Positions 49,579 through 62,560 of a stretch of 64,000 bases of DNA are shown piece by piece. The notes under the pieces are model-generated. The model made no database searches. It was not told the origin of the DNA and worked only from the letters and a program-made list of their open reading frames with translations. Where the stretch lies: the NCBI RefSeq assembly GCF_009914755.1, contig NC_060931.1; one strand, 5' to 3'. The stretch comes from the human T2T-CHM13v2.0 reference genome, Homo sapiens. Numbering within the stretch: the stretch's first letter is position 1; the number at the start of each line of letters is the position of its first letter. The translations under genes and the position numbers were made by a program.

Positions 49579-49899
49579 TTAGCTTCCCCAGACTTAATTT
49601 CAAACACCAACAACCGAAATGTTTCCTAGAATGCAGAGCTAATGAGACATCAACCTCTGTCATTTCCTATGTTTTTCACAATGTGCCAAAACAACTGCAC
49701 ACATTGGAGGCGTTTTTGAATGTGATATTCAGGCGACCTTGCCAAGCATTGTCTCATTTCCTTACTTTGTGGAGCATGAAACCCAAGGGAAGTTCTCACC
49801 CTCTCTCCAGGACCAAGCAGGACACTGGGAGCTGCTGTCCCGTCTGCAGGCGGGACTCCATGAAGGCCCCTGTCTGCCCTTCCAGCCTTTGCCACAAAC

Positions 49900-50071
49900 C
49901 CTCGAACGCTGGCTGCACACTGGAATCACTTGGGGAGCTTTTAAAAGATACGGAGGCCTGGGTCTGACTCCGTGAGATTCTGATGGAATTGATCTAGGGT
50001 GCAGCCTGGATATCTGGATTTTAAAAGCTCCCCAGGTGGTTCTAAGCTGCTGGCACGATTGAGAACCCCTG
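49900..50071. mobile_element. MER5-like hAT MITE next to the CpG island
   Basis: Imperfect palindrome GGGGAGCTTTTAAAA...TTTTAAAAGCTCCCC ending TTGAGAACCCCTG. Confidence 0.65.
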
Positions 50072-50760
50072 CGTTCGACCACAGTGGGATAAACGATTCC
50101 GCTGACTGTGAAGTTCATCCCTCTCAACTTTCGCTACATGCTTCAAACTCGCGGGTTTCTCCGCTTGGTTCCACCCAGAGCTCCTCCAGAGCCGCGCTGC
50201 GTTCCGCCCGCACGCAAATCCCGCCTCCCTGCGCCTCCTCACTCGCAGCGCCCAGGACCTCAGAAAGGGCCTGCCCCGCGCGAATCCCCAGTCGCTGGGA
50301 CTTACTTGGCCACCAGGTTTACAGACTTCGCAGCCGCTGAGAGCTAGAGAAGAGCCCGGAGAGCGCCATGGTCCGGGGACGCCGGGGCCGGGAAGCGCCG
50401 TGGCCCGGGAGGACGCTGCTCCCGCAGTAGCGCGAGGGAGGGGCAGGACCGGGGCGGCTGCCTCGCGGGCCCGGAACGGGAACTGGCTGCGACTACAGCC
50501 GCAGCCGCGCCCCTCTGTTGGCGCGCCCAAGAGCCTGCCGGCTGCTGGGAGAGGCCGCCGTCGGGCGGGGGCGGTCAAGGCAGGGTCCCACGGTGCTGCC
50601 ATTCGCCCGGGTCTGGCGCGGGGGGGCGAGAGAAGCTGCGCGCAGAGGGGCGCCCGGTGCGAGAGGGTGAGCCCCTGGCCACCGCGCAGGGCCGAGTGGA
50701 CAGGCCCAAGTTCGCCCAGAGGTGACACACTTGGGAATTTGTGGTGCCATCGTGCCAGGT
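50060..50760. promoter_or_regulatory. CpG-island promoter of NOD1
   Basis: Very high GC and CpG density with GC boxes (GGGCGG, CCGCCC) around exon 1. Confidence 0.9.
50306..50450 (-). other. NOD1: NOD1 5'UTR exon 1 (5' end approximate)
   Basis: Donor CAA|GTAAGT at 50305, inside the CpG island. The TSS cannot be fixed from sequence alone. Confidence 0.75.
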
Positions 50761-51219
50761 CCCTCCTCGTAAAAGTGCCTACCCAGCGCCTGCAACCAGA
50801 GCCAAAGCCTGGACATGATAGGGAAACTCTTGTTAAAACGCGACACGTGGTCCTGATGAAATGGAGGTTAACGTAATCAAATTTAAATTACACTGCATAC
50901 ATTTCAATTTATACTTTTTAAAAAATGTAAGCTTTTCTTCCTATCCTTAAATTTGTTCTTGGCAGTGTACATTTTATGTTCTATGCATATGCTCTAATAG
51001 GTTGTAAAAGAGTTTTAACATGCTAATAAATGTCCCCAATAAAATAGTTTTAAAACGTTTTGAATGGGGATCGTGTCCATAAGGGATATCATGCTACAGA
51101 AAGTTGTCACTTACTCACACTGAAGAAGTACATTCAATCATATAGCCACTGATGCTTGTGAGTATTAAAATTCCCATCAGAGGCTGCCCTCTGAGAAACA
51201 GAAAGTATGTTCTTAAATC

Positions 51220-51231
51220 AAAAGTGAAAGT
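51220..51231 (+). promoter_or_regulatory. IRF element (IRF-E/ISRE-like)
   Basis: AAAAGTGAAAGT fits the IRF1 consensus ~0.8 kb upstream of exon 1; consistent with the known IRF1-mediated IFN-gamma induction of NOD1. Confidence 0.75.
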
Positions 51232-51268
51232 GCAAACTAAAGTTGATAGGATCAAATGTGCCAACTTG

Positions 51269-51652
51269 TGTCAGGCCTCTGAGCCCAAGCCTGCATGTAT
51301 ACATCCAGATGGCCTGAAGCAACTGAGGAATCACAAAGGTAGTGAAAATGGCTGGTTCCTGCCTTAACTGATGACATTACCTTGTGAAATTCCTTCTCCT
51401 GGCTCAGAAGCTCCCCCACTGAGCACTTTGTAGACCTTCCACCCCCCCGGCCCCCGCCTTGCCCACCAGAGAACAACCCCCTTTGACTGTAATTTTCCAC
51501 TACCCACACAAATCCTATAAAGCTACCACACCCCTAACTCCCTTTGCTGACTCTTTTTTTCGTACTCGGCCCACCTGCACCCAGGTGAAATAAACAGCTT
51601 TATTGCTCACGCAAAGCCTTTTGGTGGTCTCTTCACACGGACACGTGTGACA
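51269..51652 (+). mobile_element. HERV-H 5' LTR (LTR7 family, most like LTR7C)
   Basis: TGTCAGGCCTCTGAGCCCAAGCC...GTGTGACA; TATA-like CCTATAAA; AATAAA. Subfamily call from memory. Confidence 0.88.
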
Positions 51653-53029
51653 TTTGGTGCCGAAGACCCGGGACAGGAGGACTCCTTCAGGAGACCAGTC
51701 CCCTGTCCTCACCCTCACTCTGTGAGGAGATCCACCTATGACCTCGGGTCCTCAGACCAAACAGCCCAAGGAACATCTCACCAATTTCAAATCGGGTAAG
51801 CGGTCTTTTCACTGTCTTCTCCAGCCTCTCTCACTACCCTTAAATCTCCCTCTATTTCCAATTCCAGTTCTTTCTCCTCTCTAGTAGAGACAAAGGAGAC
51901 ATATTTTATCCATGGACCCAAAACTCCAGCTCCGGTCACGGACTCAGGAAAACAGTCGTCCCTTGGTGTTTAATCACTGCAGGGACACCTGCCTGATTAT
52001 TCACGTACATTTCATTGGTGTCTGATCACCGTGGGGATGCCTGCCTTGGTCATTCACCCACATTCCCTTGGTGGCAAGTCAATTGTGGGTCGCCTGCTTT
52101 GGCTGCTCAGCCACATTGCAGCCCAGGGCTGCTCACCACCCCCCTTCTCCGGGTCTCTACCTTCTTTTCTCTGGGCTTGCCTCCTTCACTATGGGCAACC
52201 TTCCACCCTCCATTCCCCCTTCTTCTCCCTTAGCCTGTGTTCTCAAGAACTTAAAACCTCTTCAACTCACACCTGACCTAAAACCTAAACGCCTTATTTT
52301 CTTCTGCAATACCGTTTGACCCCAATACAGACTCAACAATGGTTCCAAATAGCCAGAAAACGGCACTTTCAATTTCTCCATCCTACATGAGCTAGATAAT
52401 TATTGTCGTAAAATGGGCAAATAGTCTGAGGTGCCTGATGTCCAGGCATTCTTTTACACATTGGTCCCTTCCTAATCTCTGCTCCCAATGTGACTCATCC
52501 CAAATCTTCTTTCTCTCCTGTCTGTTCCTTCAGTCTCCACCCCAAGCTCTGAGTCCTGTGAATCCTCCTTTTCTATGGACCCATCTAACCTCTCCCCTCC
52601 TCCCCAGGCTGCTCCTCGCCAGGCTGAGCCAGGTCCCAATTCTTCCTCTGCCTCCACTCCCCCACCCTATAATCCTTCTATCACCTCACCTCCTCACACC
52701 CGGTCCAGCTTACAGTTTCGTTCCGCAACTAGCCCTCCCCTACCTACCCAACAATTTCCTCAAGGTTAATGCTCCTTTTTCTTTATCCAACCTCTCCCAA
52801 ATCAATTAGCATTTAGGCTTTTTTTCATCAAATATGAAAACATAGCCCAGTCCATGGCTCTTTTGGCAACAACCCTTAGACACTTTACAGCCCTAGACTC
52901 TGAAAGGTCAGAAGGCTGTCTTAGTATGCATTTTAGTACCCAATCCACTCCCGACGTTACATAAAGCTCCAAAAATTAGAATTCGGCCCTCAAACCCCAC
53001 AAAAGGAATTAATCAACCTCACCTTCAAG

Positions 53030-53371
53030 GTGTACAATAATAGAAAGGAGGCAGCCAGACAGCAATGCATTTCTGAGTTACAATTACTTGCCTCTGCTGT
53101 AAGACAAAACCCAGCCGCACCTCCAGCACACAAGAACATCAGAATGCCTAAGCCGCAGTGGTCAAGCATTCCTACAGGACCTCCTCCATCAGGATCTTGC
53201 TTCAAGTGCCAGAAATCTGGCCACTGGGCCAAGGAATGTGTGCAGCCCGGGATTCCTCCCAAGCCATGTCCCATCTGTGCAGGACCCCACTGGAAATCAG
53301 ACTGTCCAACTCGCCCAGCAGCCACTGCTAGAGCCCCTGGAACTCTGTCTGGCCCAAGGCTCTCTGACTGA
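53030..53371 (+). pseudogene. HERV-H gag nucleocapsid remnant
   Basis: Two zinc-knuckle motifs, CFKCQKSGHWAKEC and CPICAGPHWKSDC. Confidence 0.85.
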
Positions 53372-53437
53372 CTCCTTTACAGATCTTCTCGGACTGACGC
53401 TGCCCGATCGCCTCAGAAGCCTCCTGGACCATCACAG

Positions 53438-56190
53438 ATGCTTTGGGTAACTCTTACAGTGGAGGGTAAGTCCATCCCCTTCTTAATTAATACGGAGGCT
53501 ACCCACTCCACATTACCTTCTTTACAAAGGCCTGTTTCCTTTGCCTCCATAAATGTTGTGGGTATTGATGGCCAGGCTTCTAAACCTCTTAAAACTTCCC
53601 AATTCTGGTGCCAACTTGGACAACATTCTTTTATGCACTCCTTTTTAGTTATCCCCACCTGCCCAGTTCCCTTATTAGGTCGAGAAATTTTAACTAAATT
53701 ATCTGCTTCCCTGACTATTCCTAGGCTACAGCCACACCTCAATGCTGCCCTTTTTCCCAGTTCAAAGCCTCCTTTGCATCCTCCTTTTGTATCCCCCCAC
53801 CTTAATCCAAAAGTGTAGGACACCTCTACTCCCTCCTTGGCAACCGATCACGCAACCCGTACCATCCCATTAAAACCTAATCACCCTTACCCCGCTCAAC
53901 GCCAATATCCCATCCCACAGCACGCTTTAAAAGGATTAAAGCCTGTTATCACTCACCTGTTAACAGCATGGCCTTTTAAATCCTATAAACTCTCCTTACA
54001 ATTCCCCCATTTTACCTGTCCAAAAACCGGACAAGCCTTACAGGTTAGTTCAGGATCTGCGCCTTATCAACCAAATTGTCTTGCCTATCCACCCTGTGGT
54101 GCCAAACCCATATACTCTCCTATCCTCAATACCTCCCTCCACAACCCCTCCATAGCCCATTATTCTGTTCTGGATCTCAAACATGCTTTCTTTACTATTC
54201 CTTTGCACCCTTCATCCCAGCCTCTCTTTGCTCTCACTTAGACTGATCCTGACATCCATCAGCCTCAGCAACTTACTTGGGCTGTACTGCCACAAGGCTT
54301 CATGGACAGCCCCCATTGCTTCAGTCAAGCCCAAATTTCTTCCTCATCCATTACCTGTCTTGGCATAATTCTTCATGAAAAAACACATGCTCTCTCTGCT
54401 GATCCTGACTGGCTAATCTCCCAAACCCCAGCCACTTCTACAAAACAACAACTCCTTTCCTTCCTAGGCATGGGTAGGTACTTCCGCCTTTGGATACCTA
54501 GTTTTACCATCCTGACTAAACCATTATATAAACTCACAAAAGCAAACCTAGCTGACCCCATTAATCCTAAATCCTTTCCCCACTCCTCTTTCCGTTCCTT
54601 AAAAAACAGCCCTAAAAGCTGCTCCCACACTAGCTCTCCGTAACTCATCCCAACCCTTTTTTCATTACACACAGCCGAAGTGCAGGGCTGTGCAGTCAGA
54701 ATTCTTACACAAGAGCTGGGATTGTGCCCTGTAGCCTTTCTGTCCAAATAACTTAACCCTACTGTTTTAGCTAGCCCCCATTATTCCTGATACCACACCT
54801 GACCCCCATGACTGTATCTCTCTAAATCCACCTGGCATTCACTCCATTTCCCCATATTTCTTTCTTTCCTGTTCCTCACCTTGATCGCACTTGGTTTATT
54901 GTTGGCAGTTCCACCAGGCCTAATTGCCATTCACCAGCAAAGGCAGGCTATGCTATAGTAGTATCTTCCACATCTATCCTTGAGGCTACCACTCTGCCCC
55001 GCTCCCCTACCTCTCAGCAAGCCAAACTCATTGCCTTAACTTGAGCCCTCACTCTTGCAAAAGGACTACACGTCAATATTTATACTGTCTCTAAATATGC
55101 CTCCCATATCCTGCACCACCATGCTGTTATATAGGCAGAAAAAGGTTCCCTCACTACGCAAAGGTCCTCCATCATTAATGCCTCTTTAATAAAAACTCTT
55201 CTCAAGACCACTTTACTTCCAAAGGAAGCTGGAGTCATTCACTGCAAGGGCCATCAAAAGGCATCAGATCCCATCACTCAGGGCAATGCTTATGCTGATA
55301 AGGTAGCTAAAGAAGCAGCTAGAGTTCCAACTTCTGTCCCTCATGGCCAGTTTTTATCCTTCTCTTCGGTCACTCCCACCTACTGTCCCACTGAAACTTC
55401 CACTTATCAATCTCTTCCCACATAAGGCAAATGGTTCTAGGACCAAGGAAAATATCTCTTTCCAGCCTCACAGGCCCATTCTATTCTGTCATCATTTCAT
55501 AACCTCTTCCATGTAGGTTACAAGCCGCTAGCCCATCTCTTAAAACCTCTCATTTCCTTTCCATTGTAAAAATCTATCCTCAGAAAATCACTTCTCAGTG
55601 TTCCATCTGCTATTCTGTTTCTCCTCAGGGATTTCTCAGGCCCCCTCCCTTCCCTACACATCAAGCTCGAGAATTTACCCCTGCCCAGGACTGGTAAATT
55701 GACTTTACTCACATGCCCCGAGTCAGAAAACTAAAATACCTCTTGGTCTGGGTATACGCTTTCACTAGATAGGTAGAGGCCTTTCCCACAGGGTCTGAGA
55801 AGGCCACCGCGGTCATTTCTTCCCTTCTGTCAGACATAATTGCTCGGTTTGGCCTTCCCACCTCTATACAGTCCAATAACGGACCAGCCTTTATTAGTCA
55901 AATCACCCAAGCAGTTTCTCAGGCTCTTGATATTCAGTAAAACCTTCAATACCCCTTACCATTCTCAATCTTCAGGAATGGTAAAATGGACTAATGGTCT
56001 TTTAAAAACACACCTCACCAAGCTCAGCCTCCAACTTAAAAAGAACTGGACAATACTTTTACCACTTGCCCTTCTCAGAATTCGGGCCTGTCCTTGGGAT
56101 GCTACAGGGTACAGCCCATTTGAGCTCCTGTATGGACACTCCTTTTTATTAGGCCCCAGTCTCATTCCAGATACCAGCCCAACTTGAACT
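53438..56190 (+). pseudogene. HERV-H pro-pol remnant
   Basis: Protease-like FLINTEATHS (catalytic DTG not retained), RT motifs, integrase tail YSPFELLYG; frameshifted. Confidence 0.85.
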
Positions 56191-56618
56191 GCACCCCAAA
56201 AACTTGGATAGAACCTAAAAACTTGCCAACCAAGCAAGTAATTATGCTGAACCCCTTTGGTTACTCTCCAATTAGATGTCCTGGGTCCTCCCAATTCTTA
56301 GTCCTTTAATACCTGTTTTTCTCCTTCTCTTATTCGGACCTGTGTCTTCCGTTTAGTTTTTCAATTCATACAAAACTGCGTCCAGGCCATCACCAATCGT
56401 TCTATATGACAAATGTTCCTTCTAACAGCCTTACCACAAAATCTTCCTTCAGCTTAATATTTCCCACTCTAGGTTCCCACACTGCCCCTAATCCCACTCA
56501 AAGCAGCCTTGAGAAACATCGCCCATTATCTCTCCATACCACCCCCCAAAATATTCACTGCCCCAACACTTCAACACTATTTTGTTTTATTTTTCTTATT
56601 AATATAAAAAGACAGGAA

Positions 56619-56983
56619 TGCAGGCCTCTGAGCCCAAGCCTGCACGTATACATCCAGATGGCCTGAAGCAACTGAAGAATCACAAAAGAAAGGAAAATGT
56701 CTGGTTCCTGCCTAACTGATGACATTACCTTGTGAAATTCCTTCTCCTGGCTCAGAAACTCCCCCACCAAGCACCTTGTGACCCCTGCCCCTGCCCACCA
56801 GAGAACAACCCCCTTTGACTGTAATTTTCCACTACCCACCCAAATCCTATAAAACTGTCCCACCCCTAACTCCCTTTGCTGACTCTCTTTTTGGACTCAG
56901 CCCACCTCCACCCAGGTGATTAAAAAACTTAGTTGCTCATGCAAAGCCTGTTTGGTGGTCTCTTCACACGGACGTGCGTGACA
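56619..56983 (+). mobile_element. HERV-H 3' LTR
   Basis: Direct repeat of the 5' LTR (TG-CAGGCCTCTGAG...GCGTGACA), roughly 10% diverged by eye. Confidence 0.88.
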
Positions 56984-57010
56984 GTAAGAACCAGAATTAT
57001 GGCTAGGATA

Positions 57011-57444
57011 TGTGAACCCCCAATATCTGAGGCGGTCTCAGTTAATTTAGAAAGTTTATTTTGCCAAGGTTGAGGGTGCTTACCTGTGACGCAGCCTCGG
57101 GAGGTCTTGATGACATGTGCCCAAGGTGGTCAGAGCACAGTTTGGTTTTATATATTTTAGGGACACGTGAGACATCAATCGATATATGTAAGATGAACAT
57201 TGGTTCGGTCTGGAAAGGCAGGACAACTCAAGCAAGGATGTCTTCCAGGTCACAGGTAGGTGAGAGACAAACGTTGCATCCTTTTGAGTTTCTGATTAGC
57301 CTTTCCAAAGGAGCCAATCAGATATGCATTTATCTCAGTGAGCAGAGGGATGACTTTGAATAGAATGGGAGGCAGGTTTGCCCTAACTTGACTTTTCCCT
57401 TTAGCTTAGTGATTTTGGGGCCCCAAGATTTATTTTCCTTCACA
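57011..57444 (-). mobile_element. Solo LTR, MER4A-like (ERV1)
   Basis: TG...CA termini; 4-bp TSD GATA at 57007-57010 and 57445-57448; reverse complement starts like MER4A (TGTGAAGGAAAATAAATCTTGGGG). Confidence 0.8.
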
Positions 57445-57665
57445 GATACTAATTCCTCCAGTCTATCCTTATATGAGCCTATGGTAGAAAAATTAGACAC
57501 TTTTTTTTTCTTTTCCTCTAGGATTCTGAACTTTATCTTCCATGTCGTAACCTCTCATTCTATTTTCCTTATCCTGTTTCTCTGGCTGCATTCTGAGTCA
57601 CTTCAGTTCTGTCTTTTGACTCAGCAATTATTTTGTAGATGTTTGAATCTGCTTTTTAACCTGTC

Positions 57666-58177
57666 TATGGCGGGCAGAGTAATCTCCCCCCAGTGATGTC
57701 CACATCCTACCCCTGGAACCTGTGAATATGGCAAAGGGACACTAAAGTTGCAGGTGGAATTAAGATTGCTAATCAACTGATCTTGATGGAGGGATTATCC
57801 TGGGTTATTGAGGTGGGCCCAATGTAATCACAAGGGAACTAAAAAGTGGAAGAAGGAGGCAGAAGAGGGAGAACCAGAGAGATGGCAGCCTGAGAAGGAC
57901 TTGCCTGAGAAGGACTCGGCCGACATTGCTGGCTTTGAAGATGGAGAAATGAGACTGAGCCAAGGAATGCAGGTGGCCTCTGGTGCTGCAAAAGACAAGG
58001 AAATGGATTCTCCCACAGACCCTCCAGAAGGAATGCAGACCTGCCAACACTATGATTTTAGTCCAGTGAGACCCATTTTGGAATGCTGGCCTCCAGAACC
58101 CTAAGACAATAAATTTGTATTGTTTAAGACACTAAATTTATGGTAACTTGTTATAGCAGCAGTAGGAAAGTAATACA
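57666..58177 (+). mobile_element. MaLR LTR (MLT1D-like)
   Basis: Typical MLT1 motifs (GGATTATCCTGG, AATAAATTTGTATTGTTTAAG, ...TAATACA); near-TSD CTGTC/CCGTC. Confidence 0.72.
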
Positions 58178-58489
58178 CCGTCTATTTAAGTTCTTAATTT
58201 TAACAATAATATCTTTATTTTCTAGGATTTTTAGATATTTTTTGGTCTTTCTAGCTTTCTTGGTCATTTTTAATAGTCTCCTTTTCTTTGTTGATTTTAT
58301 ATTTTAAAACTATTTTATAGTTGTTTTTGCTTTTAAAATAATTTATTATTGAGACATAATGTTTGTATTTTTATGGGGTACATGTGGTATTTTGTTACAT
58401 GCATAGATTGTGTGTAATAATCAAGTCAGGGTATTTGGAGTGTCCACCACTTTCTTTCTTTTTTTTCTGTTTTTTTGAGATGGAGTATT

Positions 58490-58522
58490 TATCCTTTCTT
58501 TCTTTCTTTCCTTTCTTTCTTT

Positions 58523-58574
<52 letters not shown>

Positions 58575-58602
58575 TCCTTCCTTCCTTCCTTCCTTCCTTC
58601 CT

Positions 58603-58650
<48 letters not shown>

Positions 58651-58705
58651 GTCTCTCTTTCTTTCTCTCTCTTTCTTTCTTTCTTTTCTTTTCTTTTCTT
58701 TTTTT
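58490..58705 (+). repeat. Compound (TTTC)n(TTCC)n(TTTC)n microsatellite derived from an Alu tail
   Basis: ~215-bp pyrimidine-only tract abutting the antisense Alu 58706-58995. Confidence 0.95.
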
Positions 58706-58995
<290 letters not shown>

Positions 58996-60228
58996 TGAGT
59001 ATTCATTATTTGTGTGTATTGGGAACATTTCAAGTCCTCTCTTCTAGCTCTTATGAAACATAAAATACATTGTCAATAACTATAGTCACTCCACTCTGAT
59101 ATAGAACATTAGAACTTACTCCTTCTCTCTAACTCTATTTTTGTACACATTAACCTATGGCTCTTCATCACCCCACCACCTGCCCTTCCCCGATTCCCAG
59201 CCTGTGGTAACTATCATGCTATTCTACCCTCTACCTCCATGAGACTAACTTATTTTTAGCTCCCACATGTAAGTGAGAACATGCAGTATCTGTCTTTCTG
59301 TACCTGGCTTATTTCACTTAACATAATGACCTCCAGTTCCATCCATGTTGCTGCAAATGACAGGATCTCATTCTTTTTATGGACAAATAGTATTCTGTCA
59401 TGTATATATTTGGTTTGTTTTTAAACTTTTTGAGATCACTCTAAATTCACATACAGTTGCAAGAAAGAGAGATCCATGTATCCTAACCCAATTTTCCTCA
59501 GTGGTAACATCTTGCAAAGCTATAATACAATATTACGACCAGAAGGTAGACATTAATGCCATCAAGATACAGATCATTTCCATCACCACAAACCTCCTTC
59601 ATGTTGCTCTTTATACTACCTCCTCCTCTACTTAACACTTGGCAACCACTGTCTGTTATCCATTTCTACAGTTTTGTCATTTCAAGAATCATACATAAAT
59701 GGAATCATACATTATGTAACATTTTGGAATAGTTGTTTTCAGTCAGCATAATTCTTTGAAGATTCATTCAGGCTGTTGCATGTATCAATAGTTCTTTCCT
59801 TTTTATTGTAAGTAGTATTGCTAGGTGTGAATTACCATAGTTTGTTGAAAGGCATCTGGGTTATCTCCAGATTTGGACTATTATGAATAAAGCCACTATA
59901 GGCATTCATATACAAGTTTATGTGTGAAAATAAGTTTTCATTTCCCTGGGAAATGTCCAGAAGTGCAACTGCTGAGTTGAGAAACTTATAAAGTTTTCCC
60001 CAGAATGACTGTACTATTTTACATTCCACCAGCAATGTATGAGTGGTCCAACTTCATGGCATACTCACCTGCATTTGGTGCTGTCATAATTTTTTGTTTT
60101 AGCTATTCTGATATATGTATAGAGCAACTGATACATCATTGTGGTTTTAATCTGCTAATAATGATTTTGAACATCTTTTCATGCACTTATTTGCTGTGTC
60201 TTCTCTTGGGTGAAATGTATCTTCGTAG

Positions 60229-60413
<185 letters not shown>

Positions 60414-62264
60414 CTTTTTGCTTCCTTTTCTGATTGGATTGTTTGCTTTTTTACTGTTGAGTTTTGAGAGTTCTATATTTGGTGTGTAAATGTTTTGTCC
60501 CTCTCCTAGCTTGTCTTTTCATTCTCTTAGGGTCTTTCAGAGAGCAAAGGTTTTGTTTGTTTGTTTGTTTTTTTAATGAAGTCTAATTTATCCATTTTTC
60601 CCTTTATGAATCATGTTTTTGGTGTCAAATCTAAGAACCGTTTGCCAAGCCCTAGATTGCAAAGATTTTTTACTATGTTTATTTATTTATTTATTTATGT
60701 TTACTAGGAGTTTTATAGTTTTATGTCAGACATTTAAGCGCAAGATGGACTTTGAGGTAATTTTTGTATAAGGTGTGAGACTTAGGTCAAGGTTATTTTT
60801 GTCTTTTTCTTTTGACTATGGATGTCTAATTGCTGCTCTGACACCATTTGTTGAAAAGACTGTCCCTCCTCCATTAAATTCCCTTTGCACCTTTCCAAAA
60901 AACCAGGTGAGTATATTCGTGTTGATCTATTTCTAGATTCTCTGTTCTGTTCCATCGATCTATGTGTTTATCTCTATGCTAATAACATACAATCTTGAAA
61001 TTGGGTAGAGTGATCCCTCTCAATTTATTCTTCTTTTTAAAAATTGTTTGAGTTCCCTTTGCTTTCCATATAAATTTTAGAAAAATAATTATGCTGGTAT
61101 TTTGAGAGGAATTTTGTTAAACCTGCATATCAATCTGGGGGAGAATTGACATCTCTACTATGTTGAGTCTTCCAATCCATGAACATGGCATGCCTTTCCA
61201 TTTATTTAGATCTTCTGTGAGTTCTTTCATTAGTGTTTTATAGTTTTTAGCATACAAGTCCTGCACATGTTTTGTGAGAGTTACACTTATGTATTTCTTT
61301 TTTTTTAAATAAAGCAATTGTATATATTGCTGGTAGGAATGTAAAATGGTTCAGCCAATGTGGGAAACATTTTGGGAGTTCCTCAAACAGTTAAACATAG
61401 AATTACCATATAGCCCAGTAATTCTACTCCTTGGTATGACTCTATAATTGAAAAAAGGTACTCACACAAACATATGTACATAAATGTTTAGAGCAGCACT
61501 ATTCACAATGATCAAGGGTGAAAATAATCTAAATGTCCATCGATATATGGATAAGCAATTTATGGTATACCCATAAAGCAGAATATTATTCAACCATAAA
61601 AAGGAATGAAATACTGATACATGATACAATGTGGATGGAGCTTGAAGATATTATGCTAAGTGAGAGACACCATACACAAGGTCACATATTGTATGGTTCC
61701 ATTTATATTAAATACCCAGGATACCTAAATCCATAGAGACAAAAAATAGATTAGAAGTTTCCAGGGTCTGGGGAAAGGAGAAATGGGCAGTAACTACTTA
61801 ATGGGTATGTGGTTTCCTTTAGGGGTGATGAAAATATTTTTGGAGTAGGTAGAGGTGGTGGTTGCACAACATTGTGAATTTATTAAATGCTACTGTATTG
61901 TTTACTTTAAAATTAATTTTGCTATGTTAATTTCATCTTATAAATAAATATGCAATTAAAATGCAATTGTAAATGTTATTGCATTTTAAAATTTGGTGTC
62001 CATGTATTTATTTCTAGTATATAGGAATGCAATTGATTTTTTATGTTTATATTGTATCCCATAATGCTGCTGAACTTACTTACTTGTTCTAGGGGATATG
62101 TTTTGTAGATTCTTTGGGATTTTCTGCATAGACAATAATGTCATCTGAAAATAGGGATGGTTTCATTTATTCCTTTCTGATTTGTGTGCTTTTTATTTCC
62201 CTTTCTTACCTTATTGCACTGGCTAGAACTTCCAGCACTATGTTGAATAAGATGGGTAAGAGCA

Positions 62265-62560
62265 GGCTGGGTGCAGTGCCTCAAACCTGTAATCCCACTC
62301 CTTTGGGAGGCTGAGGCAGGAGGACTGCCTGAGGCCAGAAGATTGAGACCAATGTAGGCAACATAGTGAGACCCATCTCTACAAACATTTTTTCAAAAGT
62401 TAGCCAGGTGTGGTGGTGTGCACCTGTAGTCCCAGCTACTAAGGAGGCTGATGCAAGAGGATTGCTGAAGTCCAGGATTTTGAGGCTACAGTGACCTATG
62501 ATTGTGCCACGGCACTCCAGACTGGGTGACAGAGTGTCTCGAAAAGAAAAAAAAAAAAGA
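62265..62560 (+). mobile_element. Alu (J-type)
   Basis: Diverged dimer with A tail; near-TSD GGTAAGAGCA/GGTGAGAGCA. Confidence 0.87.

Larger units (their letters stand above)
51269..56983 (+). mobile_element. HERV-H provirus, internally deleted (~5.7 kb), defective
   Basis: Two LTR7-family LTRs, PBS, and remnants of gag (zinc knuckles), pro, RT (YSVLDLKHAFFTIPLHP; LPQGF), RNase H and integrase. Multiple stops and frameshifts; env essentially absent; purine tract before the 3' LTR. Confidence 0.93.

Noticed and set aside
50042-50876. 228-aa and 158-aa ORFs over the promoter
   Set aside because: Arg/Pro/Ala/Gly-rich CpG-island artefacts.
53030-56190. Possible functional HERV-H proteins
   Set aside because: Frames are short and interrupted, the protease catalytic Asp is absent, no YxDD RT motif was seen, and env is deleted.
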